Notes under the pieces: generated by a model
Seen by the model: the letters and a program-made list of their open reading frames with translations, nothing else
Databases searched by the model: none
Told to the model about the DNA's origin: nothing
Assembly (NCBI GenBank): GCA_025059045.1
Contig: JANXEA010000011.1
Location: forward strand, 11,438-75,437
Source: Candidatus Bathyarchaeota archaeon
GTDB taxonomy: Archaea; Thermoproteota; Bathyarchaeia; Bathyarchaeales; DTEX01
Direction: 5' to 3'
Length of the DNA stretch: 64,000 bases
Program-made: the position numbers and the translations under genes
Shown here: one piece after another, positions 55,793-64,000 of the stretch
Layout of the letters: each line of letters starts with the position of its first letter
Numbering within the stretch: the stretch's first letter is position 1

Positions 55793-55839
55793 GAGAAGAA
55801 AAATCTTTTCATAGAAAATATGAGATATACCAATAAAAA

Positions 55840-56559
55840 TTAAGTTAAATCACCACATACACATCGAACTTCGTACAATATATCCAGCAGCTCATTTAAT
55901 CCCTTCCCCGTTTTCGCGGAGACCAGTGGAATCCTCTGGGCTGGAATGACCCTCTTCATAACCCTCAATAGCGGAACATATAAATCGGAAAGAGCCCCTG
56001 CAACCTTAACATCATTCTTAAATTTTACCGGGTCCAGAAGGCAGCTCCTAATCCTTTCCAATTCATCTTCTGCGATCAGATCGACTTTATTGATAACTGT
56101 AACTACGCTTATTCCCAGCCTATATGAGATTGCAAGCCTATACAGATAAGCGGCTGGCAGATCTCTCGCTCCAATAGATGGATCGATGAGGAATAATCCT
56201 ACAGCATCTTCAAATTGACTGACAACATTAGGGCCAGATTCATGGAAGGCGAAGGTTTCCAGCTGCCCAGGTGTGTCCACAAGGACAAAGTCCCCATGAA
56301 ACTCGGGGATCTCCATCCTACTCAGTTTCTCCATTGCCCTTAACATTGCTCCATTAGGTCCGAGAGATTCCTCCTTCATAATCTTCTCTATCGTGAAGTA
56401 ATCTCTGATATCGTAGTCACATGTGTACGGCAGCATATAAGCGCCCGGATCCAGATTAACCAGATTGACGGAATAATTCTCTGAGCGAAGGTACTCGCCG
56501 AATTTTCCTGTGAGAAGGCTCTTTCCAGAGCCAGCTGGCCCTAACATAATCACGTTCAT
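55840..56559 (-). CDS. GPN-loop GTPase
   Basis: P-loop GPAGSGKS, the eponymous GPNG motif (SLGPNGAML), DTPGQLE and NKVD. Confidence 0.85.
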   Translation of the reverse strand: MNVIMLGPAGSGKSLLTGKFGEYLRSENYSVNLVNLDPGAYMLPYTCDYDIRDYFTIEKIMKEESLGPNGAMLRAMEKLSRMEIPEFHGDFVLVDTPGQLETFAFHESGPNVVSQFEDAVGLFLIDPSIGARDLPAAYLYRLAISYRLGISVVTVINKVDLIAEDELERIRSCLLDPVKFKNDVKVAGALSDLYVPLLRVMKRVIPAQRIPLVSAKTGKGLNELLDILYEVRCVCGDLT

Positions 56560-56652
56560 TTTAATTCAACAAGAAAAAAGAACGCTGACAATTATTTAAC
56601 AATTTAAAATTTAAGGAGTGATATGCAGATATGCCAAATGTCACAATTCTAT

Positions 56653-57468
56653 TTAATGACGCTTCACAGATGCTTTCTTTAGAGATGAAGCATAGTTGCT
56701 TAGTTCCCTCAGAAGCTGTGAGAAATCATGCAGATTACTAGATACTATATTTACGAAGGCGCTGCCAACGATGACCCCGTCTGCTCCAGCCTCGATGATC
56801 GACTTCACATGTTCAGGTTTTGATATTCCGAACCCAACCGACATAGGGATCCTCCCCTTTGTATACGATGAGAAATTCTTCACCAGGGATATTGTCGTAT
56901 CTAATATTCTTTCTCTCGCCCCGGTTACCCCGAAGACCGAAACCAGATAAAGGAAACCTGAGCTGTAATTTATTATTCTTTTTAGTCTCTCTATGGTTGT
57001 TGAAGGCGCTGCCAGGAATATGGTGTCTACTCCATATGCTTCTGCAATCTCCTTATATTCATCCGCCTCCTCGACCGGAAGGTCCGGTATGACAACGCCA
57101 TCCACGTCACTTCTCCAAGCATGATCCATAAACTCTCTTACACCCATCCTGAAGACAGGATTATAATATGTCATGATTAGAATTGGTACTCCATGTTTCT
57201 TCTTGATTTTACTGGCTATTTCTAAAACAATTTTGGGGGTGGTGCCAGCGGTCAGGGCGGCTGTGGATGAGGCCTGGATTGAGGGGCCGTCGGCAATGGG
57301 GTCGGAAAAGGGGATGCCGAGTTCAAGCATGTCTGCACCCCCTTTGATTAATGCTTCAGCAATTTGCGGCGTAGTTTTAGGATTCGGATAGCCTCCGGTC
57401 ACGTATGCTATCAATGCCCCCTCTTTTTGTGCTGCCAGCCTGCTGAAGGTTTCCTCTATCTCGCTCAT
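56653..57468 (-). CDS. trpA: Tryptophan synthase alpha chain
   Basis: [18 protein letters not shown] motif and GFGIS near the C-terminus. 4-nt overlap with trpB. Confidence 0.9.
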   Translation of the reverse strand: MSEIEETFSRLAAQKEGALIAYVTGGYPNPKTTPQIAEALIKGGADMLELGIPFSDPIADGPSIQASSTAALTAGTTPKIVLEIASKIKKKHGVPILIMTYYNPVFRMGVREFMDHAWRSDVDGVVIPDLPVEEADEYKEIAEAYGVDTIFLAAPSTTIERLKRIINYSSGFLYLVSVFGVTGARERILDTTISLVKNFSSYTKGRIPMSVGFGISKPEHVKSIIEAGADGVIVGSAFVNIVSSNLHDFSQLLRELSNYASSLKKASVKRH

Positions 57469-58664
57469 AACTTCATCCCAACATATTCGGCTACGATTTC
57501 CACGTCTTTGTCGCCTCTTCCAGACAGATTGACCACTATGATCTTTTTCCTATCGCACTCCGCTGCGATCTTTGTTGCAAAGGCGATTGCATGTGAAGGC
57601 TCTAGCGCTGGCATAATGCCCTCACACTTCGACAATTCCATGAAGGCCTTAACTGCCTCCTCATCTGTCACGGCAACATACTCGGCTCTCCCTATAGATT
57701 TCAGGTAGGAATGTTCTGGTCCAACGCCCGGATAGTCTAGGCCCGCCGAAATACTATGTGTTGTCCTTATCTGCCCATTCTCATCTTGGAGAATGTACGT
57801 CAACATACCGTGAAAGACGCCTTCACTGCCCGCGCAGATCGAAGCAGAATGCTTTCCAGTTTCTATCCCAAGCCCTGCTGCCTCAACCCCGTAAAGTTTA
57901 ACATCCCAATCGTTAAGAAATGGGTGGAATATGCCTATAGCGTTGCTACCTCCTCCGACGCAGGCGACTATGGCATCCGGGAGTCTTCCCTCCTCCTCAA
58001 GAATCTGCTCTCTTGTCTCATAACCGATCACGCTTTGAAAATCTCTCACTATGGTTGGGTAAGGGTGGGGACCTACAACAGAACCTATAAGGTAATACGT
58101 AGTATCAACGTTTGCGGTCCAGTCTCGTAAGGCCTCGTTAATCGCATCCTTTAAGGTTTTTGATCCAGAATTGACTGGGTGAACCTCTGCGCCCAGCATC
58201 TTCATCCTAAACACATTTAGTCTTTGGCGTTTCATATCTTCTGTTCCCATATAGATCTCAGCCTTTAACCCGAGCATTGCACAGGCCATCGCTGTTGCTA
58301 CACCATGCTGCCCTGCCCCCGTCTCAGCTATGACACGCCTCTTCCCCATCCTTTTAGCGAGAAGAGCTTGACCAAGCGTGTTGTTTATTTTGTGTGCACC
58401 ACTGTGGAGCAGATCCTCACGTTTAAGATATATCTTAGCTCCACCAATCTTGTTGGTGAGATTAGACGCGTAGTATAATGGTGTCGGTCTTCCCGCATAC
58501 TTAGACAAGTAATAATTGAGCTCCTTCCTGAAGCCTTCATCATTCTTCAGATTCTGGTAGGCTTCCTCTAATTCTTGGAGTGCAAACATTAGAGTTTCTG
58601 GGACGAATTTCCCGCCGTACTTCCCAAATTTTCCTTTACCTTCAAACTCGCTCACTGATTTCAT
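57465..58664 (-). CDS. trpB: Tryptophan synthase beta chain
   Basis: PLP-Lys motif [10 protein letters not shown], plus GAGQHG and GGGSNAIG. Confidence 0.95.
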   Translation of the reverse strand: MKSVSEFEGKGKFGKYGGKFVPETLMFALQELEEAYQNLKNDEGFRKELNYYLSKYAGRPTPLYYASNLTNKIGGAKIYLKREDLLHSGAHKINNTLGQALLAKRMGKRRVIAETGAGQHGVATAMACAMLGLKAEIYMGTEDMKRQRLNVFRMKMLGAEVHPVNSGSKTLKDAINEALRDWTANVDTTYYLIGSVVGPHPYPTIVRDFQSVIGYETREQILEEEGRLPDAIVACVGGGSNAIGIFHPFLNDWDVKLYGVEAAGLGIETGKHSASICAGSEGVFHGMLTYILQDENGQIRTTHSISAGLDYPGVGPEHSYLKSIGRAEYVAVTDEEAVKAFMELSKCEGIMPALEPSHAIAFATKIAAECDRKKIIVVNLSGRGDKDVEIVAEYVGMKL

Positions 58665-59323
58665 AATATGACCTCTTTCGCGTTTCTTACAAACTCGAAT
58701 ATTTTATTTGGGTCCTTGAGGCCACATCGCGATTCGACACCGCTGGAAACGTCAACCGCATATGGGTGGACGGCGACGATTGCATCCTTGACGTTGTCTG
58801 GTCTAAGCCCACCTGCCAATATCAGCGGTTTCGGCGCTATTAAATCCCTGATCTTTCGGCTTAATTGCCAGTTATGCGTCATCCCTGTTCCCCCATATTT
58901 TCCCACAGCAAAGGTGTCTAGGAGAACTGCGTCAAAGTTGCTTGAAACCTTCACCGCATAATCTACAGCATCGGATCTGCATGTGTGAACTGCTCTTATT
59001 AGGCGTGAGCGGATTTTCTTGCGCAACATCTGAATCTCGTAGGGCAATTCTCCGTGGATCTGGATTGCGTCGGGCTCCAGCTTTCTATAAATCTTTAGGA
59101 GTAGGTTTGGATTTGTTGCAACTGTTACAACTACGCTCTCAACAAAGACTGGAACGCGCCTGATCAGGTTCCCAGCCTGTTCAGCTGTTAGATTCCTAGG
59201 TGAAGATGGAACCCCTACCACGAATCCGACAGCATCAGCCCCTGCTTCTATACTTGAAAATAGGTCTTCCTCTCGGGTTATTCCGCAGATTTTCACCTTA
59301 ACTATTCCCAAATGCTTCCACAA
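58661..59323 (-). CDS. trpF: N-(5'-phosphoribosyl)anthranilate isomerase
   Basis: [23 protein letters not shown]-terminus and LAGGL near the C-terminus. Confidence 0.85.
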   Translation of the reverse strand: MWKHLGIVKVKICGITREEDLFSSIEAGADAVGFVVGVPSSPRNLTAEQAGNLIRRVPVFVESVVVTVATNPNLLLKIYRKLEPDAIQIHGELPYEIQMLRKKIRSRLIRAVHTCRSDAVDYAVKVSSNFDAVLLDTFAVGKYGGTGMTHNWQLSRKIRDLIAPKPLILAGGLRPDNVKDAIVAVHPYAVDVSSGVESRCGLKDPNKIFEFVRNAKEVIL

Positions 59324-60083
59324 ACTCCCTAACTTTCTCTTCGATATTGCTGCTTCTCATGATCGCTGATCCTATGAGAAATGCGCGGATCCCAAATCGG
59401 CGAAGGTAAAGCATGTCAGCAGGTTTCTCTATGCCGCTCTCGCTGATAATGATTCTGGTGTTCGCATCAGCCTTTTCCATGATTCTCCGGGTGACATCTA
59501 AGTCTACCCTTAATGTGGTCAGATCGCGGTTGTTTATTCCTATAATATCCGCTTCAGTCCTTATTGCTGAAAGGAATTCCTCATATGTGTGGACCTCAAG
59601 CAAAACCTCAAGCCCAATCTTATGCGCATATTCAATCATATCATCGGCATCCTCGCTGCAGAGGCCCCTATCAAATAATTTCCAAATCAGTAGGACTGCA
59701 TCTGCGCCGTGAGTCCATGCGGCCTCTAACTGGTCAGTGCTTACCACAACATCCTTCATAAGCAACGGAATATCCACCTCTTTTTGAATGTTAGCTAATG
59801 ATAGAAGAGATCCCTTGAAGAAATTTGGTTCAGTTATGACTGATATTCCAGCTGCCCCACCTCTCTTCATGGCGGAAGCCACTTCAACTTCACGTAGATT
59901 TTCCCTTAAAATTCCTAGGCTTGGTGAAGCCTTTTTTATCTCAGCTATTACGGCGGCATTCCTACTTTCTTGGATCGCTTTTACGAGGCTGTTCTTAGAT
60001 TTTGAACGGACACCCTTGCGGTAGTATCCGCTTTCTACAAGATTCCTTGCATTCTTCGACAATAAATCCAGAAAATCATGCAT
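59298..60083 (-). CDS. trpC: Indole-3-glycerol phosphate synthase
   Basis: AVIAEIKKASPSLG, ISVITEP, GINNRDL and ISESGI motifs. Confidence 0.9.
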   Translation of the reverse strand: MHDFLDLLSKNARNLVESGYYRKGVRSKSKNSLVKAIQESRNAAVIAEIKKASPSLGILRENLREVEVASAMKRGGAAGISVITEPNFFKGSLLSLANIQKEVDIPLLMKDVVVSTDQLEAAWTHGADAVLLIWKLFDRGLCSEDADDMIEYAHKIGLEVLLEVHTYEEFLSAIRTEADIIGINNRDLTTLRVDLDVTRRIMEKADANTRIIISESGIEKPADMLYLRRFGIRAFLIGSAIMRSSNIEEKVREFVEAFGNS

Positions 60084-61137
60084 ATCTCAAACTCATCTCC
60101 TCTAGTACTGATGGGTCTCCGCCAGTCAACTTGATTAGCATGGTGAGCTTCTCGTAAGCTTTGCCGCTCTTGATAGACTCCTCTGCAATCTCTATTCCAT
60201 CCTTAAAGTCTTCAGCCTCACCTCCCAGAATTATGCCCGCTGCACTATTTAGCAGGACTATTTCCCTCTTGGGATCATCCGGATCTAAAAGGTCATATAA
60301 GATTTTGAAGGCTATCTCCGCATTTATGTCCGGTGTACTGCCCATTATATCCTTTGGGTCTGCCCTCTTGATGCCGAGGTCTTCGGGCCTATACTCTAAA
60401 AGCATAACTTCCCCGTCACTTAACCACGCAATGAGAGTTTTGCCTATATTTGATATCTCGTCAAGTCCATCCAAGCCGTGAACTACTAACGCTTCTTGGC
60501 AGCCAAGATTCTTGAGCACATCCGCCATTGTTTTGACGAGTGACGCATCATAAACTCCTAGCAGCTGTGCTTCGGCGTCAGCAGGATTGGTTAAAGGTCC
60601 GAGTATATTGAATACTGTTCTGATTCCCATCTCCCTTCTGGGCCCTATTGCATATTTCATTGCGGGATGGAAGGATGGAGCGAACATGAATCCTATGCCT
60701 ATCTCCTCTATACACTTTTCAACTACTTTAGGCTCAACAGTGAGGTTTAAGCCAAGTTTTTCTAGAAGATCTGCACTTCCGCATTGGCTCGTAATCGACC
60801 GATTTCCATGCTTAGCCACTGTTACACCTGCACCTGCAATAACGAAGGATGAGATGGTGCTCACATTGAAAGTTTTTATCTTGTCGCCTCCTGTTCCACA
60901 GGTGTCAACGAGTCTCCTATTAAGGGATGGATTTATCTTATAACAGAAATCTCGCATAACCTTGGCGAAGGCGACTATCTCTTCAATAGTCTCGCCTCTA
61001 ATCCTTAAAGCTGTTAGAAAAGCGGCGATCTGCGCGTCTGTCGCAAAACCGCTCATAATCTCCTTCATAACTTCCATAGACTCATTCATGCTTAGGTTTT
61101 TTCCCTCCACGAGTTTACGAATTGCTTCCTTGATCAC
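60076..61137 (-). CDS. trpD: Anthranilate phosphoribosyltransferase
   Basis: DTCGTGGDKIKTFNVST, VAKHGNRS and NILGPLTNP motifs. Confidence 0.9.
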   Translation of the reverse strand: MIKEAIRKLVEGKNLSMNESMEVMKEIMSGFATDAQIAAFLTALRIRGETIEEIVAFAKVMRDFCYKINPSLNRRLVDTCGTGGDKIKTFNVSTISSFVIAGAGVTVAKHGNRSITSQCGSADLLEKLGLNLTVEPKVVEKCIEEIGIGFMFAPSFHPAMKYAIGPRREMGIRTVFNILGPLTNPADAEAQLLGVYDASLVKTMADVLKNLGCQEALVVHGLDGLDEISNIGKTLIAWLSDGEVMLLEYRPEDLGIKRADPKDIMGSTPDINAEIAFKILYDLLDPDDPKREIVLLNSAAGIILGGEAEDFKDGIEIAEESIKSGKAYEKLTMLIKLTGGDPSVLEEMSLRYA

Positions 61138-61144
61138 CTTCGGC

Positions 61145-61726
61145 TCACCTCCACTCCAGGAAATTTTTTATTATTGTCTTCCCTTCTTCGGTCAGTATTG
61201 ATTCCGGGTGAAATTGTATGCCCTCTATGGGGTAGATGGTATGGCGAACACCCATAACTTCGCCATCTTCAATTGATACAGCTGTAACCTTAAGGCATCC
61301 TGGAAGTGAAGACCTGTCTCCTACAAGTGAATTGTATCTCGTAGCCACTATAGGGTTCTTCACACTCCTAAATATCCCTCGACAATCATGTCTCACCAGA
61401 CTTGTTTTTCCATGCATCAGCTTCTTTGCACGAACTATTCTCCCGCCAAAGGCCGATATTATCCCTTGATGCCCAAGACAGACACCTAATGTGGGCACAT
61501 GGGGGCTTACATGCCTGATTATAGAGCCTGAAACACCGAAGTATCTCTCTTCGTCCGGGGAGCCTGGACCTGGAGAAATGACAATCCTTTCAGGATTGAG
61601 CCTCTTCACTTTTTTCAAGTCTATCTCGTCATTTCTGTATACGATAGCTTTGCCTCCAAGCTCCTCAATATATTGGACAAGGTTGTATACAAATGAGTCG
61701 TAGTTGTCTATTATCAATACTCTCAT
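61145..61726 (-). CDS. trpG: Anthranilate synthase component II (glutamine amidotransferase)
   Basis: Class I GATase: ISPGPGSP, GVCLGHQ and IQFHPES. Confidence 0.9.
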   Translation of the reverse strand: MRVLIIDNYDSFVYNLVQYIEELGGKAIVYRNDEIDLKKVKRLNPERIVISPGPGSPDEERYFGVSGSIIRHVSPHVPTLGVCLGHQGIISAFGGRIVRAKKLMHGKTSLVRHDCRGIFRSVKNPIVATRYNSLVGDRSSLPGCLKVTAVSIEDGEVMGVRHTIYPIEGIQFHPESILTEEGKTIIKNFLEWR

Positions 61727-63087
61727 GGAATTCCACCCTGAGAGATTTCAAGGGCCCGGAATAGGGCTTTGGCCTTATATTCAGTCTCAAACCATTCTCT
61801 CTCTGGGTTCGAATCCGCAACTATTCCGGCTCCAACCTGTATGTGAGCTCTACTACTAGACGCTATTAGAGTCCGAATAGTTATAGCGAAGTCCGCGTTA
61901 CCATTAAAGGAGAAGTATCCCACGGCCCCGGCGTATGGTCCTCTCCTCACAGGTTCTAGCTCCTCAATTATCTCCATCGCCCTAACCTTTGGTGCCCCAG
62001 AAACCGTGCCAGCTGGGAAAACCGCCTTGAGAGCGTCGTAACAGTCGCGGTCTCTTCTGAGCTTACCTGTGACTCTTGAGACGATATGTTGGACATGACT
62101 GTACTTGTGGACTTCCATGAAGGATGGAACCATTACTGTTCCGGGCTCTGAAACCTTACCAAGATCGTTTCTTGCTAGGTCGACAAGCATCACGTGCTCT
62201 GCACATTCCTTAGGATCAGAGAGCAGATCCCTTTCCAGCAGCCTATTTTCAGCAGGGTCGTCGATTAAGGGCCTCGTACCCGCGATTGGATAGGTCTCAA
62301 TTAAGCCTTCCTCGACCCTGATAAGCATCTCAGGGCTGGAACCAACAATAGCGTGGTCTCCAATCTTAATAAAGTACATGTAGGGGGAAGGGTTTATCCT
62401 ACGAAGAGCCGCATAGAATGGGATGAGATCGCCGTTTACATTGAAATCGTAACGCTTTGAGAGAACCACTTGGAATATGTGGCCCATCTGTATATACTCT
62501 TTGGCCATTAATACAGAGTTTTCGAAACATCTCTTTTCAGAATGAACCTTTGGTTCAGTAAACTCTAGAGTATCGGAGCAGTTATCCTTCTCTTCTAGAA
62601 CTTTGCATATCTCGTCATAACGATTTTCCGATATAAAAAAGTAGTATGCTTCTCTATTCTTATGGTCGAAAATTATTCCATCCTCAAACACGCCCATCTC
62701 AATATCTGGATAACCGAGATCGTCGACTGAGATCTTTGGGAGGCGCTCCCAATACCTCACAGCGTCATAAGATATATATCCAACGCAACCTCCTGCAAAC
62801 CTTGACGTAGAACCTTTGATCTTCCAATTGCATACAAACTGTCTGACCACTAATAATGGGTCTTCAATCCTTATAGTCTCAGTTTCCCGTGTTCTTTCGT
62901 TATGGATCGTTAGCGTACCATTCTTAGCCTTGAAGGTAAAATTTGGGTCAAAGCCTATGAAAGAATACCTTGCAAGCTTATTCGGACCCTCAACCGACTC
63001 TAGAATGAAGACATTTTTGTAGCGCCGATAAAATTTTACAAAGACATCAAACGGAGAAGCAGTGGTTGGAAGTGTCAGGAATTTCAA
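61723..63087 (-). CDS. trpE: Anthranilate synthase component I
   Basis: TTG start. Chorismate-binding motifs [33 protein letters not shown] and GAGIVADS. Confidence 0.9.
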   Translation of the reverse strand: MKFLTLPTTASPFDVFVKFYRRYKNVFILESVEGPNKLARYSFIGFDPNFTFKAKNGTLTIHNERTRETETIRIEDPLLVVRQFVCNWKIKGSTSRFAGGCVGYISYDAVRYWERLPKISVDDLGYPDIEMGVFEDGIIFDHKNREAYYFFISENRYDEICKVLEEKDNCSDTLEFTEPKVHSEKRCFENSVLMAKEYIQMGHIFQVVLSKRYDFNVNGDLIPFYAALRRINPSPYMYFIKIGDHAIVGSSPEMLIRVEEGLIETYPIAGTRPLIDDPAENRLLERDLLSDPKECAEHVMLVDLARNDLGKVSEPGTVMVPSFMEVHKYSHVQHIVSRVTGKLRRDRDCYDALKAVFPAGTVSGAPKVRAMEIIEELEPVRRGPYAGAVGYFSFNGNADFAITIRTLIASSSRAHIQVGAGIVADSNPEREWFETEYKAKALFRALEISQGGIP

Positions 63088-63211
63088 GGATAGAGGTTGA
63101 ATTCTATCGGTTAAACCAGTAGTGCCAAATGATATCCCTCATTTTAAATCCCCTTTTATGATCCTGCAAGTAATATTTAAAACTTTCGAGAACAATTATG
63201 TACATCATATT

Positions 63212-63232
63212 ATTTTTGCATGATGCAAAAAT
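63212..63232. promoter_or_regulatory. Perfect 10-1-10 palindrome in the trpE / URO-D-like divergent spacer; candidate operator
   Basis: The sequence is atttttgcat g atgcaaaaat. It lies 125 nt upstream of the trpE TTG and 39 nt upstream of the ATG at 63271. A TGTACA hexamer sits at 63199..63204 and TGTACT at 63256..63261. Confidence 0.35.
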
Positions 63233-63270
63233 CTTTATGGACACGATATTAGAAATGTACTTGTGAGTCC

Positions 63271-64000
63271 ATGAAGTCTCGAGAGCGATTACTGGCAGCA
63301 TTGAGGCATGAAGAGCCAGATAGAGTTCCAATAGATTTAGGAGCATTAAGGGTTTCAGGCATAGATGCGATCGCGTACAGAAACCTAAGGAAATTTTTAG
63401 GTTTGCCGGAAAAACCAATTAGACTTGCGCCTCAGACGTTCACGAACACTATGGAATATGCATCTAACTTGGCTGAAGTGGAGAAAGAGGTTCTGGATCT
63501 ATTCCATGTTGATGTCATAAACATTAACCGTGTTCTGCCGCCATGCGGCCCACTCGTAGAGACGACCGATGCATGGAAAAGATGGACTGTTGACAACACG
63601 ATTCTAGAGGCGCATGAGAAAGTCAACATCATCGAGGATGAGGACGGATGGCTTCTTCATTTCCCCCAAAGCCCCCTAACACCTGCTGAAAAAAGGTATA
63701 AGATGCTCAAAAAGGACTTTATATGTGTTGAGCTGTGGCGTGGCGAGGCTCCTCTCAAGAATGCGAAAAGCGTTGACGAAGTTGAAGATTTTGATTGGGA
63801 ACAATTTAGGATTAGAGACGAAGTTCTAGAGGGCATGAGGAGAAGGGGCGAGCACCTCTGCATGAATACGGATTATGGTCTAGTATTGTTTGATGTAGGC
63901 TCCCTTCACGCAAATGTTGGCCAAGTCCTCAGAGGTTGGAGCCAATGGTTGATTGACCTGAAAGTTAGGAGAGCCCTAGCTGAGGCAATTCTCGATAATT
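63271..64000 (+). CDS. Uroporphyrinogen-decarboxylase (URO-D/MtaA-like) family protein, 5' part only (runs off the right edge)
   Basis: Not in the track because it has no stop within the window. The frame from ATG 63271 stays open to 64000. The N-terminus MKSRERLLAALRHEEPDRVPIDLGA is the typical URO-D-family start. The three minus-strand track ORFs here are its shadows. Confidence 0.65.
   Translation, partial: MKSRERLLAALRHEEPDRVPIDLGALRVSGIDAIAYRNLRKFLGLPEKPIRLAPQTFTNTMEYASNLAEVEKEVLDLFHVDVININRVLPPCGPLVETTDAWKRWTVDNTILEAHEKVNIIEDEDGWLLHFPQSPLTPAEKRYKMLKKDFICVELWRGEAPLKNAKSVDEVEDFDWEQFRIRDEVLEGMRRRGEHLCMNTDYGLVLFDVGSLHANVGQVLRGWSQWLIDLKVRRALAEAILDN

Noticed and set aside
61805-61816. GGGTTCGAATCC T-loop-like motif suggesting a tRNA
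   Set aside because: It lies inside the well-supported trpE coding frame. The flanks cannot form T-stem or acceptor pairings.
63104-63863. Three minus-strand ORFs (63104..63418, 63432..63632, 63657..63863)
   Set aside because: They are antisense to a continuous plus-strand frame from ATG 63271 with a textbook URO-D-family N-terminus. Their translations are low-complexity.
1-64000. CRISPR arrays, IS elements/transposases, integrases, prophage or toxin-antitoxin/defence cassettes, rRNA genes
   Set aside because: I scanned the intergenic regions and ORF translations by eye. I recognised no regularly spaced direct repeats, DDE, tyrosine-recombinase or serine-recombinase motifs, cas genes or rRNA-like stretches. 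By-eye absence is not proof.

Overview
This is a dense, moderately AT-rich archaeal chromosomal segment, roughly nine-tenths coding by the ORF track. I recognise no rRNA, CRISPR array, transposase, integrase or obvious defence island. Archaeal origin is supported by ribosomal protein eS25, an Sm-like protein, prefoldin beta, TiaS, a GPN-loop GTPase, a Fap7-type kinase, AMP phosphorylase, a Tes/GDGT-MAS-like radical SAM enzyme and a LysW carrier-protein pathway. A eukaryote-type topoisomerase IB suggests, by inference only, the Thaumarchaeota/Bathyarchaeota/Aigarchaeota side of the TACK group. Main blocks, in order: (1) a TrmB regulator, Tes-like radical SAM and eS25; (2) a GT2, tRNA-Pro(CGG), Ca2+/cation antiporter, M48 protease and Sm protein; (3) an ECF transporter EcfA-EcfA'-EcfT module; (4) a 725-aa transaldolase-fold protein with IolB; (5) a DHH phosphoesterase, prefoldin beta, TopoIB and TiaS; (6) a doubly frameshifted prenyltransferase-repeat gene plus uncharacterised ORFs; (7) Nnr, a presenilin/SPP-like protease and an aminotransferase; (8) a long-form HMG-CoA synthase; (9) a nitroreductase-CofD (F420) pair, an FGGY kinase, GatCA and MntP; (10) AMP phosphorylase; (11) a ferredoxin, 2-hydroxyacid dehydrogenase and sugar-phosphate isomerase; (12) DUF3795, Lrp and HdrCB-like genes; (13) tRNA-Pro(GGG) and a GH1 glycosidase; (14) a contiguous lysW-X-Y-Z-J-K cluster with a divergent Lrp regulator; (15) trpEGDCFBA; (16) a partial URO-D-family gene at the right edge. 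I found no clear-cut novel multi-gene system. The items most worth follow-up are the giant transaldolase-like protein next to IolB, TopoIB with an expanded linker, the frameshifted prenyltransferase-repeat gene, a lysW gene (missed by the ORF track) with no canonical start codon, orphan hdrCB with a coupled micro-ORF, two ORF-poor stretches next to the tRNA-Pro genes, and two weak C/D-box-like elements in convergent spacers. All family assignments come from motif recognition by eye and memory; no searches were run.
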